The translations under genes and the position numbers were made by a program. DNA of 62,776 nucleotides, the filler included, from Rhabdomonas costata (lineage: Eukaryota), in NCBI GenBank assembly GCA_019059605.1. It is 38 parts of 38 records of this genome, joined end to end, with 100 filler letters (N's around TTAATTAATTAA, not from the genome) between each part and the next. Parts side by side here need not be neighbours in the genome. Positions count along the whole stretch, not along the records: positions 51,305 to 52,857 come from JAHMHO010013196.1; positions 52,958 to 54,511 come from JAHMHO010013197.1; positions 54,612 to 56,164 come from JAHMHO010013198.1; positions 56,265 to 57,817 come from JAHMHO010013199.1; positions 57,918 to 59,470 come from JAHMHO010013200.1; positions 59,571 to 61,123 come from JAHMHO010013201.1; positions 61,224 to 62,776 come from JAHMHO010013202.1; 31 more parts are not named here. One strand, given 5' to 3'. The notes beneath the pieces are model-generated. The model saw only the letters and a program-made list of their open reading frames with translations. It was not told where the DNA came from and ran no database searches. How positions within the stretch are numbered: the first letter of the stretch is position 1; every line of letters begins with the position of its first letter. Positions 52,217 through 62,776 of the stretch are shown here, one piece after another.

Positions 52217-53705
52217 GAGCATTGCGCACCCCATGGAAATGGAACGTCCCAACCCATGTCCGTTCCGGCGGCCGCGGCGCTGGCCTTCGCACCTAAATAT
52301 GTATTGCCCTCTCCTGAGAACCGTTTATAGCCCTTGCGTTCTGACGTTTAGCACTGCCAACCCCCCAAAAAAAACAATTGTCCCCATGTCTACGGCATTC
52401 AAATATTTCAATGCTTTTTCAATACAATCACTTGCCGGAGGCTCCGAGCCAATAAATTCAGCTCGTGACCGGGTCAGAATATTTGCATCCATCGAGCGGA
52501 GGACTTCATTTTTCATCTCATTCACAATGGTGTATGCATTGGCATGTGGATGAGTGTTTCAAAATGGCGGTTTTCACACAAAAAAGACAACGCGCACTCC
52601 GTCGCGCTGCCCAAGCCCGAGATGGACTCCGTGGTTCTGCTGCGATGGCTGTACCGCCCGTGCCGCGACCAGAGCTCTTCCTCTGTGCCTCGTGTGTGCC
52701 CCCCAGCCCTCTATGATTGGTTTCTTGACTCGGTTGCTTCCGTTGGAGAATTTTTGCTGTGCCTGTTTTCGTTTTGCTTCAAAGTTATTTGGGGGGTGCT
52801 CACGTCAGTCACATTCTCATTTTTCTTCCTTCTCTACTGGCACTCTTCAACACCAACNNNNNNNNNNNNNNNNNNNNNNNNNNNNNNNNNNNNNNNNNNN
52901 NTTAATTAATTAANNNNNNNNNNNNNNNNNNNNNNNNNNNNNNNNNNNNNNNNNNNNTGTTGTGTTGGAAACCTTCAGGCTTCAAGGGTCGCCGTATTCT
53001 CGATGTCAATGCAAACGTTTACAAAGACATCGAGAATACGGCGACCCTTGAAGCCTGAAGGTTTCCAACAGTTTTAACAAACATCCGATGGGAACTGCAG
53101 TTCTGCGCAGAGGAAGTGCAGACAGACACTCCGGGATAACAGTCAAGGTCGGGCAATACGATCCAACCTTCGTACGCTTGCAAAATTACAGGGCGGACAG
53201 TAGAGGAAGAAGTGAGGTAAATATCCCAGCATTCACGAAAGAGAGGGGCGGGCAAGCAGCCAAGTGCTTGTGGGGTGGCAGAGGTGTTGCGGAGTGCAAG
53301 GTCTGTACCTATCTGGGGATCACTGACACTGGCAAAGAACGCGATTTGCGAGACGAACATCCAAATTGAAGCCACATGGTCAGCCACAGCGACGCCCCAC
53401 AGAGCACCATAGAACGCAGTTGATGGGGCCCCTGCCCCGCTCTACAGAGTGCCAACCAGCACAACAGTGGCCATTATATTGGGGAAGGTAACCCACACAC
53501 GCGTTCACTTCACATTACCTCAGGAAACGGTGAAAACAACAAGGTAACAAGGCATAATGCATGGTCACTGCCCTGTGATGCACATTTTGCAAATGATTTC
53601 TCACCTGTTTTCTGTGAGCTCTCGGTTTAGGCTATTCAAGTGGAGGGAAAAAACAACCAGAAATCAATAGGGGCAGCCGACGAGGGGAATCACGCCAGGC
53701 CTTAC

Positions 53706-53960
53706 CCTGTGAGGAGCCTTCCCGCGAAGGCCAGCAGAAAGATGGTTAGGGGCCGTGGTCCGGCCAACACGGGGCCCAGAAGGGCCGCCACAGCGACCTG
53801 CAGCGGGAGCAGCACCGTGGATAGGGCGCCCAGGGCGTCTTTGGGGACCCCCCGCTGGGTCAGCTCCAGGGAGGTCAGGGCCTCCGCGGCAAACGCGGCC
53901 TTACCGGTTAGCAGCAGCCCACACAACACCAGAACGGGCCGGAGCGTGAGAAGCCGCGCC
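53706..53960 (-). CDS. SLC33A1: Acetyl-CoA transporter (SLC33A1/AmpG-like MFS) exon
   Basis: LLLTGKAAFAAEALTSLELTQRGVPKDALGAL...PLQV...AGPRPL resembles LLTAKIGF.A.DAVTGLKLVE.GVPKEHLALL...PLQI...AGP.PL. Confidence 0.8.
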
Positions 53961-54175
53961 CTGTGCTCGCGTGACAGCATTATCGCGTTATCTTTCACTT
54001 CGATTCTCCTCTCTCTCTCTCTCTCACTCACTGTTTGAATGTGTCTTTGTATTGTTTCCCGCCACTTTGTTTCAACTCTCTTAAGCTATGCCGGTAGCTC
54101 TCGCAGAAGCACACCGGCAAAGACGCCGGCGACCTTGTCAGCGTATAGAAAGCCTTCCCCCGTGCAAATTTGGTG

Positions 54176-54206
<31 letters not shown>

Positions 54207-56289
54207 TGGGCGCGAGCCCGGGGGTGGTGGTGTTCCAGGTCTGTCACAGATCTGGAACACCACCGCCGGCGTGAAATCCGTGCGGAGCCGAACGCACGCC
54301 GCATTCTCGCGGCTCTTCACGTGCCTCGGGTTTCCCGACGCGCACACATGCAGCGTGCATGATATCAACTACACCGCACAGGCATGCTCGCCCCGCCTTT
54401 GTGCCTTCCTAGCCACGCTCTAGAAACAAGTCTCATGTGTGTGTTCGGCGCATTGCGAGCTGGCTGTTGCCTGGTTGCCTGGTTGACTGGTTGTTTGTGA
54501 TTCCACACTCCNNNNNNNNNNNNNNNNNNNNNNNNNNNNNNNNNNNNNNNNNNNNTTAATTAATTAANNNNNNNNNNNNNNNNNNNNNNNNNNNNNNNNN
54601 NNNNNNNNNNNCCAGTTGAGGGCACTGGGCTGGCGGCTCCCGCGGAGCTGTACCACTTGGCCGCCGAGAAGGGTGGGGGTGCTTCTGATGAATGGTTCTG
54701 TATGCATGTGCGTTTTTCTGGGCCAAAACCAGAGGCTGTAGTTCAATAGGTGCCCCCCCCCCATTTATTCACTGTTGAGTAGTGGGGTTGTTCGCTTTGT
54801 GCGTCGCGACTGCTACGTATGTGTAGCGTTGCTACTCACTTTCTGTGAAATGTTTATATCGTGTTAGAAGGTGATGCATTTGTCCCCTGGGACTCCCATG
54901 CAAGATTGTGCAGAGGGTTAGGGGGCGATGCACGTGTATTAATGGGTGTAGGTGGATGTCCCGAACGCAGATGGTCGTCCTTATTCTTGCACCTTAAGTG
55001 CAATCAGAAAAATGAATTGGGAAAAGGGCTTCGGCTTTGCCCACAGACTCCTTTCAGCGTTTACGAGGATGGTGGTGACGGAAATCAACGTAGAAACGTA
55101 GAATGATGAGAACCAGTGTGGCAAAAAAGGGAATGAAAAAACCTCTCGAGCACAAGGGGAGGCCTCAGGATTATGGACCTGCGAGAAAAGAACGGACCCG
55201 AACTGAAGTGCACAATACGACAACACGGGCAGCGGAGTGAGGGGCCTGTCTTAGGGAACACACCAACCCTCTGAATTCCGTGCTGTGCCGCCGCCCCAAA
55301 ATTCCCCAAAATTGTACACTTCAGAGTCGGTATTAGGTGACTAACTTCTGGCTTTTTCCCAAAGGATGTATGAGATCAGCAGCTGTGGACCGGACTCCTC
55401 TCCACGGTGGATGAGCCGGGTCAGCTTTGTGGTGCGCCAGTTCGCTCGAGGTGTCTGTTTGTTTTCTTCTTCCCTGTTTTCAGCAAGAGATAGGTTCCTC
55501 GGCCTCCGCCATCTGCTTCTCCCTCACCCCTCCCCTGTTGTATGTCCCCAAAACAAGTGTGAGTTTTGACACACGACGACGTGCGTGAGAGAAGAGGTGA
55601 GCAATAGCGGTTGTTGGGTTGGGCTGTAAAGAAGATCGGTGGTATCCATAGCGGAAACAATGGTAAGAAGGAAACAAAAGAAAAATATTGCTGGCGCACC
55701 GGACGATGTCTAAAGCCTCCCTAAACAGAAGCATTCCGGTGCCAGCGCGCAGCGTGCAGCGTGTAGTCCTTTGGTCTACCCTTACCCCGGCCGAAATCCT
55801 AGGCTCAGTGTGCAGGCCTGCAAAGTCTTAAAGGGCCCTTCTTTAAAGGCAAAAAGGCCTCGAAAAGCCCCAGAAGTCAAATCTTAAATCGCCTGCAAAC
55901 GACCTCTAGGGTGAACATTGAGACATAGTGAATGTCGGAAGTCACTTCTGGTTTTCTATGGGTACGCCCCCCTCGAAAGAACTCGCAGAACGGCGATAGA
56001 AGAAAGAAGTAGGACAGCGTACAGAGCTGATGGTGATGGGGGGAACGCTGGCCTGAAAGAGTCCTTCACCCTGCGGTCACCCATGCAACCCTGGCGATGT
56101 GTCAGATTGCTCTGCATCTAAATAAAGTACGTTACACCGTAAACTCAGAACTCAAAACACCACCNNNNNNNNNNNNNNNNNNNNNNNNNNNNNNNNNNNN
56201 NNNNNNNNTTAATTAATTAANNNNNNNNNNNNNNNNNNNNNNNNNNNNNNNNNNNNNNNNNNNNGTGTTGGGTGTGGTTGGGGGGTGGG

Positions 56290-56408
56290 GTGTGAGGTGT
56301 GAGGTGTGAGTGTGAGGAGAGGAGAGGAGAGGTGAGGTGAGGTGGGAGGTGAGGTGAGGTGTGAGGTGAGGTGTGAGGTGAGGTGAGGTGAAAGGAATGT
56401 GGTGAGGC
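56290..56408 (+). repeat. (GTGAG/GAGAG)n pentanucleotide microsatellite
   Basis: Tandem units are directly visible. Confidence 0.92.
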
Positions 56409-58409
56409 GGGGGTCACAAGGACAGACCTGGGCAGCTGGTGGACAGCAGGATCGAAGAAAAACCCAGAGTCTGTGGAAGAGGGAGGTGGGCCGCAATAGG
56501 GGTGGTACGTACGCAGTTAGAATACATCACCTATTCTAGAGCCCTTAATTTCTGCATCCTCTCTTAAACCTCTCCAGTCTGTTGGTCAAACGTCAGACAA
56601 AGATGCGTGCACAAAACCACGAGGGTTTTCACCAGAAGGCAACAATCGGCCATCGGAGAGTCCATCCAATCCACTTCTTGTCAGCCAAGGCATGAAATGT
56701 AGAAACAGAGGAGTCTGTCCCCCATACAGACAAACACGCACAATCGCCATGGGGCAGCTGGGGCATGAGCAATTTCATCGAATGATGGCACAGTCTGGCC
56801 TCCAAACAGCCCACCCAAGCAAAGTCACACCAGCGACTCCGCCTGTTGGCTCGGATGCCCGCCGGAGCTGGCCAATGAACATTTTCAGAACGTCCACCGA
56901 GTCCGAGCTGGCGGGGGTTCCGGAGAGCCCCTCAGACTGCTGGCCTTCCGTGGCTCGGCTCCGGGTGGAGCTGCCGCGAGAGCGCCCCGTGATGGCCTGT
57001 CCCCATGTGCACACATTTCACCACTCTGCGCTCTGAAAATACTACCAAAACATAAAAAGGCAGCGCAAGGGCCGCTGCAAAGAACGGCAGAGGGCTCGGA
57101 AGACATTCATGCACCCCTAAGACGTGCACAGCGGAGTGTAGTCGTAAATTGTTTTCAGCTAAGCTTCAGGATCGGAGGGGTGGCAGAGGCCAATCGGAAA
57201 GCAGCATGCACCCGTCTCCACTGCTCCAGGTTCCCTGGGATTTGTAATGCGCAGTTGCCATGATCGCCTTCGCTTACGACTGTGTGCGAATGCAATGCAC
57301 AATATGCAAAGCTGCCCTATGCTTCGATTGCAGCCTTCCTCTGGAGCTGCGCGATGTGGGATGCGGGATGTGGAACCAGAAGGACAAGCCACGATGATGT
57401 TGCTCTCAGATATGCGTTTCCACTGGGGTGCTGAGCAGTCCCTCCCCGGCTCGCTGATCGCTCCACTGCTCGGTTTTTATCATAAATTTTTTTGGGGGGG
57501 GGACAGAGTTTAAATGTCCAAATGGGGAGTCTCAATTTTCCTGATTAGTCTCCTTCACTTGTGGAGAAACCGGGACTGGTTTAGTTGCCTATCTTTGTCG
57601 TCGGCTGTCGCTTGCATTGGTCCTTGTAAAAAGTTCCAGGGAAAATACCGCCTTCCCCGCAAATGCGTGAATCTGCGGGTGGGTGCCGGAGTTGACTAAC
57701 CTGAGGAACAAGCTTCTCGTAGGCGCTGGGGCTGAGCCGGATCCCCCTCGACGACGGCGAGGGTGACAGCACCGCCGAGGAGCTGCTGGGGCTGCCCAAG
57801 CCCTGCCCCCCAAAAAANNNNNNNNNNNNNNNNNNNNNNNNNNNNNNNNNNNNNNNNNNNNTTAATTAATTAANNNNNNNNNNNNNNNNNNNNNNNNNNN
57901 NNNNNNNNNNNNNNNNNGTGGGGTGGTGATATAGCTGGTGGGCAGCGGTCTGGCAGAGAGAGATGGGCGGTGACCTCGACGTCGACTTGAGTTTCGGCCG
58001 GCTCCGCGTGGGCGACAAAGGTCAATCTGTTGACCTTGGATTGGGAGAGAGAGAGAGCGTTTGAGAGAAGTTTGGGAGTTCACTTCATATTCATGCTAGA
58101 CTGGATTCTCAGCGCAGTTTTTCTGTTTACGTGTGGGGGGCGCCATGGAACAGGGAAGTGAGTTGGAAACGAGGACACTCTAATTGCCGCATCGTGCACC
58201 AGAGTGCATTTTATGGCGCATCCACCGTGCGCGGAGCACCAGAGGAAAGCAGTGGAGATGTTGGGAGAAAGGTGCTGACGATCTGCTTCTTTCAGTGTCG
58301 GGCTTAAATGACACCGTAACACTGAAACTGGAAGCTTGCTGTTTGTTTTTATGTGGAACTGTGGTGGGGGAGGGGCGAGGTTCGCGACATTGCGGTCAAG
58401 CTCTTGTAG

Positions 58410-59326
58410 GCCAGCTAGGAAGCGAAGGGCCGTTCACACAGGGGAGAAGGTTGGGGTTTCCAAGAGGGTGGCCCTGCAGAAGGCCCTCGCGACGGACCGC
58501 AAGATGAAGAGACTGAAGGAGACCGACGACCCGAGGTACTACACCCTCCTGGAGAGTCAGAAATGGTGTGTTCGTGCCCCCTCAATACCTCTTCTTGGCT
58601 TTCTAGCGCCCAACCACCACCACCACCATCACAACCTGCCCAGCTTCCCATCTTGGGATTGAGGGATTAGTCCCAACCAGCGGCCTCCAGCGGAAGCTGC
58701 TGTAGTGTTTTGTATTTTTTCTCACGTAAAAACGTAAAAATGAAAATGATCAATGAGAAAAATGAATGTTATGAAAGCAAAACAAGTCCGCAAAATGGAC
58801 CTGGTTTCTCTTGAATGGCAATGACACAGTCGCGCATTGAGTTTTGTATGAGGTCGAATAGGCGACTGAAGCTCCGGTCCGGTGAGGGGCGGGGGTGTCA
58901 AACAGTGGAACAATATAATTATCCGATATGCATCGTCGCCGATAACAGGAACCGTCCTCGCCTCATCCGATGCTTTTGCCTAGCGACTATTCTCCAAAAG
59001 CCAAAACTGTCCTGCTCGTCCACCAAAGACCTGCCCTCGCTTCATCTCTGCTTTGCTCTTTTTCTTTTCGGATCTCTCGCTGGCTACCTTGTCCGCCGCC
59101 CCCGTGTGCAAAGGAAGAGCGCACTGGCGAAGGCGCAGGGCATGAAGCCTCCACGCACGGCGCCCACGCTGCTGCGGATGAGCAAGTGGCGGCGGAAGCG
59201 CCGCAAGAAGTCTGTGGAGCGCACCAAGGAACGCTTTGCGAAGATGCGCGAGCCGCAGCTTCGCAACAAGCGCCTGGCGAAGGGTCTAGCCAAGCTGGAG
59301 GGCATGGAGAAGGAGGAGAAGAAGGA
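58410..59326 (+). CDS. SURF6: SURF6/Rrp14-like nucleolar protein; exons 58410-58565 and 59114-59326
   Basis: QK-W|KSALAKAQGMK...TLLRMSKWRRKRRKKS resembles the SURF6 motif W..AL.KAEG.K..DD..LL...KRKEK.K.KS. Phase-2 join. Confidence 0.6.
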
Positions 59327-59572
59327 GTATGGGCTTGCTTTCCCCATGATTCAAAGCCTTCTTTTTCCTCCGTTTTGCTTTTCTATTTTCCCACATCGAA
59401 GAAAAATTCGCACCACTTCGCATCAAACCATTTGATCCAGGCCAGGCTTCTGGCTTCTTCCCACCCCAACNNNNNNNNNNNNNNNNNNNNNNNNNNNNNN
59501 NNNNNNNNNNNNNNTTAATTAATTAANNNNNNNNNNNNNNNNNNNNNNNNNNNNNNNNNNNNNNNNNNNNTG

Positions 59573-60962
59573 TTGTTGGGGGTCCTCTTTCCAAGAGCTG
59601 CGGCTTACAGCGTCCCTGACACGGGGCAGACCTTCTGTACCACGGTGGCCAACAGCATCTGGTCCATCGCAACCTGCCCCAGCTCCACGTCAGCCCTGTA
59701 TGGCCAAGACGCCAGCTATACCATCAATCCTCCGGCCTTCAGCGGCTCCCTGGCTGCCACCTCCACAGTGCAGGACCTGGTCACGGGGCTGACATGGACC
59801 AACCACTTGGTCCCTTCAAAGCTGAATTACGCTCAGGCGGTGGCCTCGGTTTCCTCGGTGACCACGGGGGGCTACACTGACTGGCGCCTGCCCACGATCA
59901 AGGAGCTGTTCTCGCTGATCAACTACAACGGCGCGATCGACTCGGGGACCACCAGCTGTGCGACGGGATGTGTGCCTTTTCTCAACACAACGGCGTTCGA
60001 GTTTAAGTATGGTACGGACCGTGGCGAGACCCGCGTGATTGACTCTCAGTTTGTCTCCTCCACGACTTACGTCTCCACGGTTATGGGCGGGCAGTCGTGC
60101 GTGTTTGGGGTCAACCTCGCGGATGGGCGGATTAAGTGCTACCCCTAGACCAAGAACTTCGAGGTGCTCTACGTCCGGGGGTCCCCCTCCGTGGGCTCGG
60201 CCGCGTATGGGACGAACTCCCTGACGGACCAGGGCGACCAGACCGTCGTGGACTCCTTCAGCGGCCTGCAGTGGATGAAGATGGACAGCGGCAACGTGAG
60301 CGGGGCTGGGGCTATGAATTGGCCCGCTGCCCTTCAGTACTGTGAGTCCAGTTCCCTGGCCGGGTACACGGACTGGCGGCTTCCCACCCCAAAGGAGGGC
60401 CAGTCGATCAGCGACTACTCCAGGTCCCCGAAGACGACAAACTCTCCCGCCTTACCCGCGGTGTTCTCGGCCACCCCACTGAAGGTCGAGGACGGCAGCT
60501 GGGACTGGGGCTGGGAGTGGACCTCCACCACGCTGTACGACGGAGGGGTCAGCTGGGCCCTTTACGTGACTCGGGGGCGGGCTCTGGGGTACATGAATGG
60601 TGCCTGGATGGATGTCCACGGCGCGGGAGCGGTGCGGTCCGACCCGAAGACCAGCGACGGCACTACTTACCCCTTCGGCCATGGCCCGCAGGGCGATGCC
60701 ATCCGGGGGACTAATTTTGTGCGCTGTGTTCGCTCCGTCTCTGGCACCTCGGGCACTTCGGGCACCTCAGACACCTCCCCTTCCTCTCCAACTGTTCCCA
60801 CGGTTCCCACGGTGCCTACGGTCCCTACGACTCCAACGACCTCGCCAATGTGCTACTTCACCGTTGTGCCTGCCAACTCGCTGACCACTGCACCCTACTG
60901 CGGGGCGTTCAGCTCGGCCTCGACACCGTTCATCGGATCTTGCAATGTCGGCTGCGCTTCTG
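59573..60962 (+). CDS. Secreted protein with two DUF1566 (Lcl C-terminal) domains, an S/T/P linker and a Cys-rich module; one in-frame TAG at 60146-60148
   Basis: VPDTGQTFC, YGQDA, TVQDLVTGLTW, GGYTDWRLPTIKELFSL, DGRIKCYP*TKNFEVLYVRG, then DQTVVDSFSGLQW, LAGYTDWRLPT, DVHGAGAVRSDPK, GPQGDAIRGTNFVRCVR. Both ORFs are in the same frame. Confidence 0.88.
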
Positions 60963-61123
60963 GTCCGTTGGCTGTCTGCCTGTGTGTTTGCCCGGTTTTG
61001 GGAAGGCTGCTATAACGCTTACCTTTTTTCTGACCACTGCACCCTACTGCGGGGCGTTCAGCTCGGCCTCGACACCGTTCATCGGATCTTGCAATGTCGG
61101 CTGCCCTTCTGGTCCGTTGGCTG
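60881..61123 (+). repeat. 94-bp direct duplication (60881-60974 and 61030-61123, one mismatch)
   Basis: Directly visible. It covers the Cys-rich module and its GT donor. Confidence 0.92.
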
Positions 61124-61518
61124 NNNNNNNNNNNNNNNNNNNNNNNNNNNNNNNNNNNNNNNNNNNNTTAATTAATTAANNNNNNNNNNNNNNNNNNNNN
61201 NNNNNNNNNNNNNNNNNNNNNNNGTTCACTTTGACTCATGGTGGCGTTGTCTTCTGTCCAGATGTTTTTTTTTGCTTTTGGACACATTCCGTCAGTCAGC
61301 CGATGGCTTCCACTTCCCTCACACAGCAGGAACAGGATCAAAGTTTAATTAATTATATAAATAATTAGCATTAGCTTTCCACATTGCCATTTTCAGTGGG
61401 GGTAGGGGGAATTTTTCTTTTGATGTCGTCCCCGCTCAGGGGTTTTTCGGTCCTAAACTCGGGTGCACATCATTTCTGCTGCCCTGGATATCATGTCCCT
61501 TGTCAAGCTTCCTAACAG

Positions 61519-61864
61519 AGACGCGCAGTATCTGCACACGCCAAAGGTTGTGGTGCCGTTTACTGCCTCGGGCACGTGCCACGCCGTCGTTCTGTGGGTT
61601 GACTACGAGATGGGTGCCCCACCCAGCCTAGCGGATGTTCTGTCCTCGGCGCCTTTCCGTGGCAAGGGCGATTCCGGGGTGGCCTTCCCGTCGGCCTTCT
61701 TTCAGGGCCTGCAGTGCTTTACCCCTCCCGTTCCATGCGCTATACCACCTGAGGGTATGGGGTCGTGCCGCAACCGCGCAGGGGCGGAGACCCGCCTCTC
61801 CCTCCACTCCACGTTGGACTTCCGCACCGGAGTGCTCAGCGTGAGTGTAGACTGGATGCTCTGA
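61519..61864 (+). CDS. Protein arginine methyltransferase (PRMT7/9-like) beta-barrel, terminal exon
   Basis: VPFTASGTCHAVVLWVDYEM...VLSSAP...FFQG, ending in TGA. Confidence 0.65.
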
Positions 61865-62776
61865 AGGGAGGTGAGACTTCCTCTGGAAGAGGTGGTTGAT
61901 AGGTACTGAGAGGCTGCCCGTGTCCTCCGCCTGGTAATAGGGCGTTTTCCGTAACCATTGTGTGGAGACGTGTTGTGCTGGTTTGACCACTCGATCCTAT
62001 CGATGTATATCTGGATTTTGATTCATGTGCTGAGGATGGGTTGACTTTGGGGTCAGCTTGACGCCTCTTCTGTGCAGCGCGACGCCTGCTTCCAAAAATG
62101 CAACCGTTTCCGTTGGAAATTTTTGCTCTCAACTGAGCTCCGCTTAGTACCCCATAGTATGTCAAGCCAAATCATATGCACATAGCTCTGTTTCATAGAA
62201 TGTTCACTAATCATTTGACTTTAGCTTGCCATATTTTCTCAGTTTGCAAGGTCAAACGGACAAAATGAATTCTTGGTAAGGCGATTTAGCCACGTTTCAA
62301 CGATTTTCCAACGTTTCTGTGTATATTTTGCATAGAAAGGAACAGTGAGAGTGAACAAAAACAAGATAACAACGTCTTCGGAGAAACTTGGATTGTTCAA
62401 AAACCAAGGTGTGTTGGCCGTAACAAGGAGCACCAAGTAATAAACTCAGAGGGGCTGAACAGGGCAAGGGGGGATTAACTCCTGCTTCCCCAGAACCGCT
62501 TCTTACCAAAACTCAAAGAATCACAAGATATATCGATTACTTCAGAAAAGAAATTAAAAACTATTAAGAAATTATTTCAAAGAAAAAATCGATTTTTTTC
62601 AAGTTTTTGAAAGCTTTTGGTTTTTTCCCAAAAAAAAAATTTCGAAGATTTTTGAAAGAGTTTGATTTTCGAAAAAAAAAATTCACCAAGTGAGTTTGCG
62701 CATGTGTTGGACCCGTTATTCCTGGTATTCCCCGGTATTTGGAAATTTGTACATAGGTCCCCACACACGCTCACAC

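Noticed and set aside
52963-53070. Perfect 45-bp inverted repeat with an 18-nt loop (candidate miRNA or hairpin telomere)
   Set aside because: It sits at the extreme contig start, has perfect arms and a quasi-palindromic loop (AAACGTTT). This is typical of a fold-back chimeric read; independent reads would be needed to accept it.
60136-60148. Micro-intron GTGCTACCCCTAG removing the amber codon
   Set aside because: 13 nt is implausibly short, would shift the frame and would delete the conserved K.YP motif.
61030-61123. Second copy of the Cys-rich module as a tandem exon
   Set aside because: No AG acceptor precedes it and it runs into the contig end, so it could be an assembly duplication.
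1555-61223. Regularly spaced TTAATTAATTAA (~1.65 kb period) as an array or biological repeat
   Set aside because: It is embedded in fixed-length N runs and is a six-frame-stop linker added when contigs were concatenated.

Overview
This window is not contiguous DNA. It is 38 unrelated contigs of about 1.55 kb joined by 37 artificial 100-nt linkers (N44-TTAATTAATTAA-N44), so no gene neighbourhood can be inferred across linkers. The content is from an intron-rich, flagellated eukaryote (axonemal-type dynein and BBSome subunit BBS18 are present). A protist, possibly euglenozoan, is my guess and is not proven. Recognisable exons: dynein heavy chain, two ankyrin proteins, WDR82/Swd2, dihydroxyacetone kinase, topoisomerase III alpha, a CoA-binding ACD/Pat-type protein, an RI-like LRR protein, a transketolase-like protein, BBS18, a Moco-sulfurase-like PLP enzyme, RBM26/27, PARG, an FCP1/SCP phosphatase, SLC33A1, SURF6, a DUF1566/Lcl tandem-domain secreted protein and a PRMT C-terminus. 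Best leads: (1) a single in-frame TAG inside an otherwise intact, bacterial-like DUF1566 gene; (2) frequent GC-AG introns whose donors lack the usual consensus; (3) a BBS18 domain extended into a much longer protein; (4) an internally deleted Merlin transposase; (5) an AT-rich ORF behind a Mimivirus-type AAAATTGA motif. No CRISPR array, rRNA or tRNA was seen. All family calls come from motif recognition by eye, not database searches.
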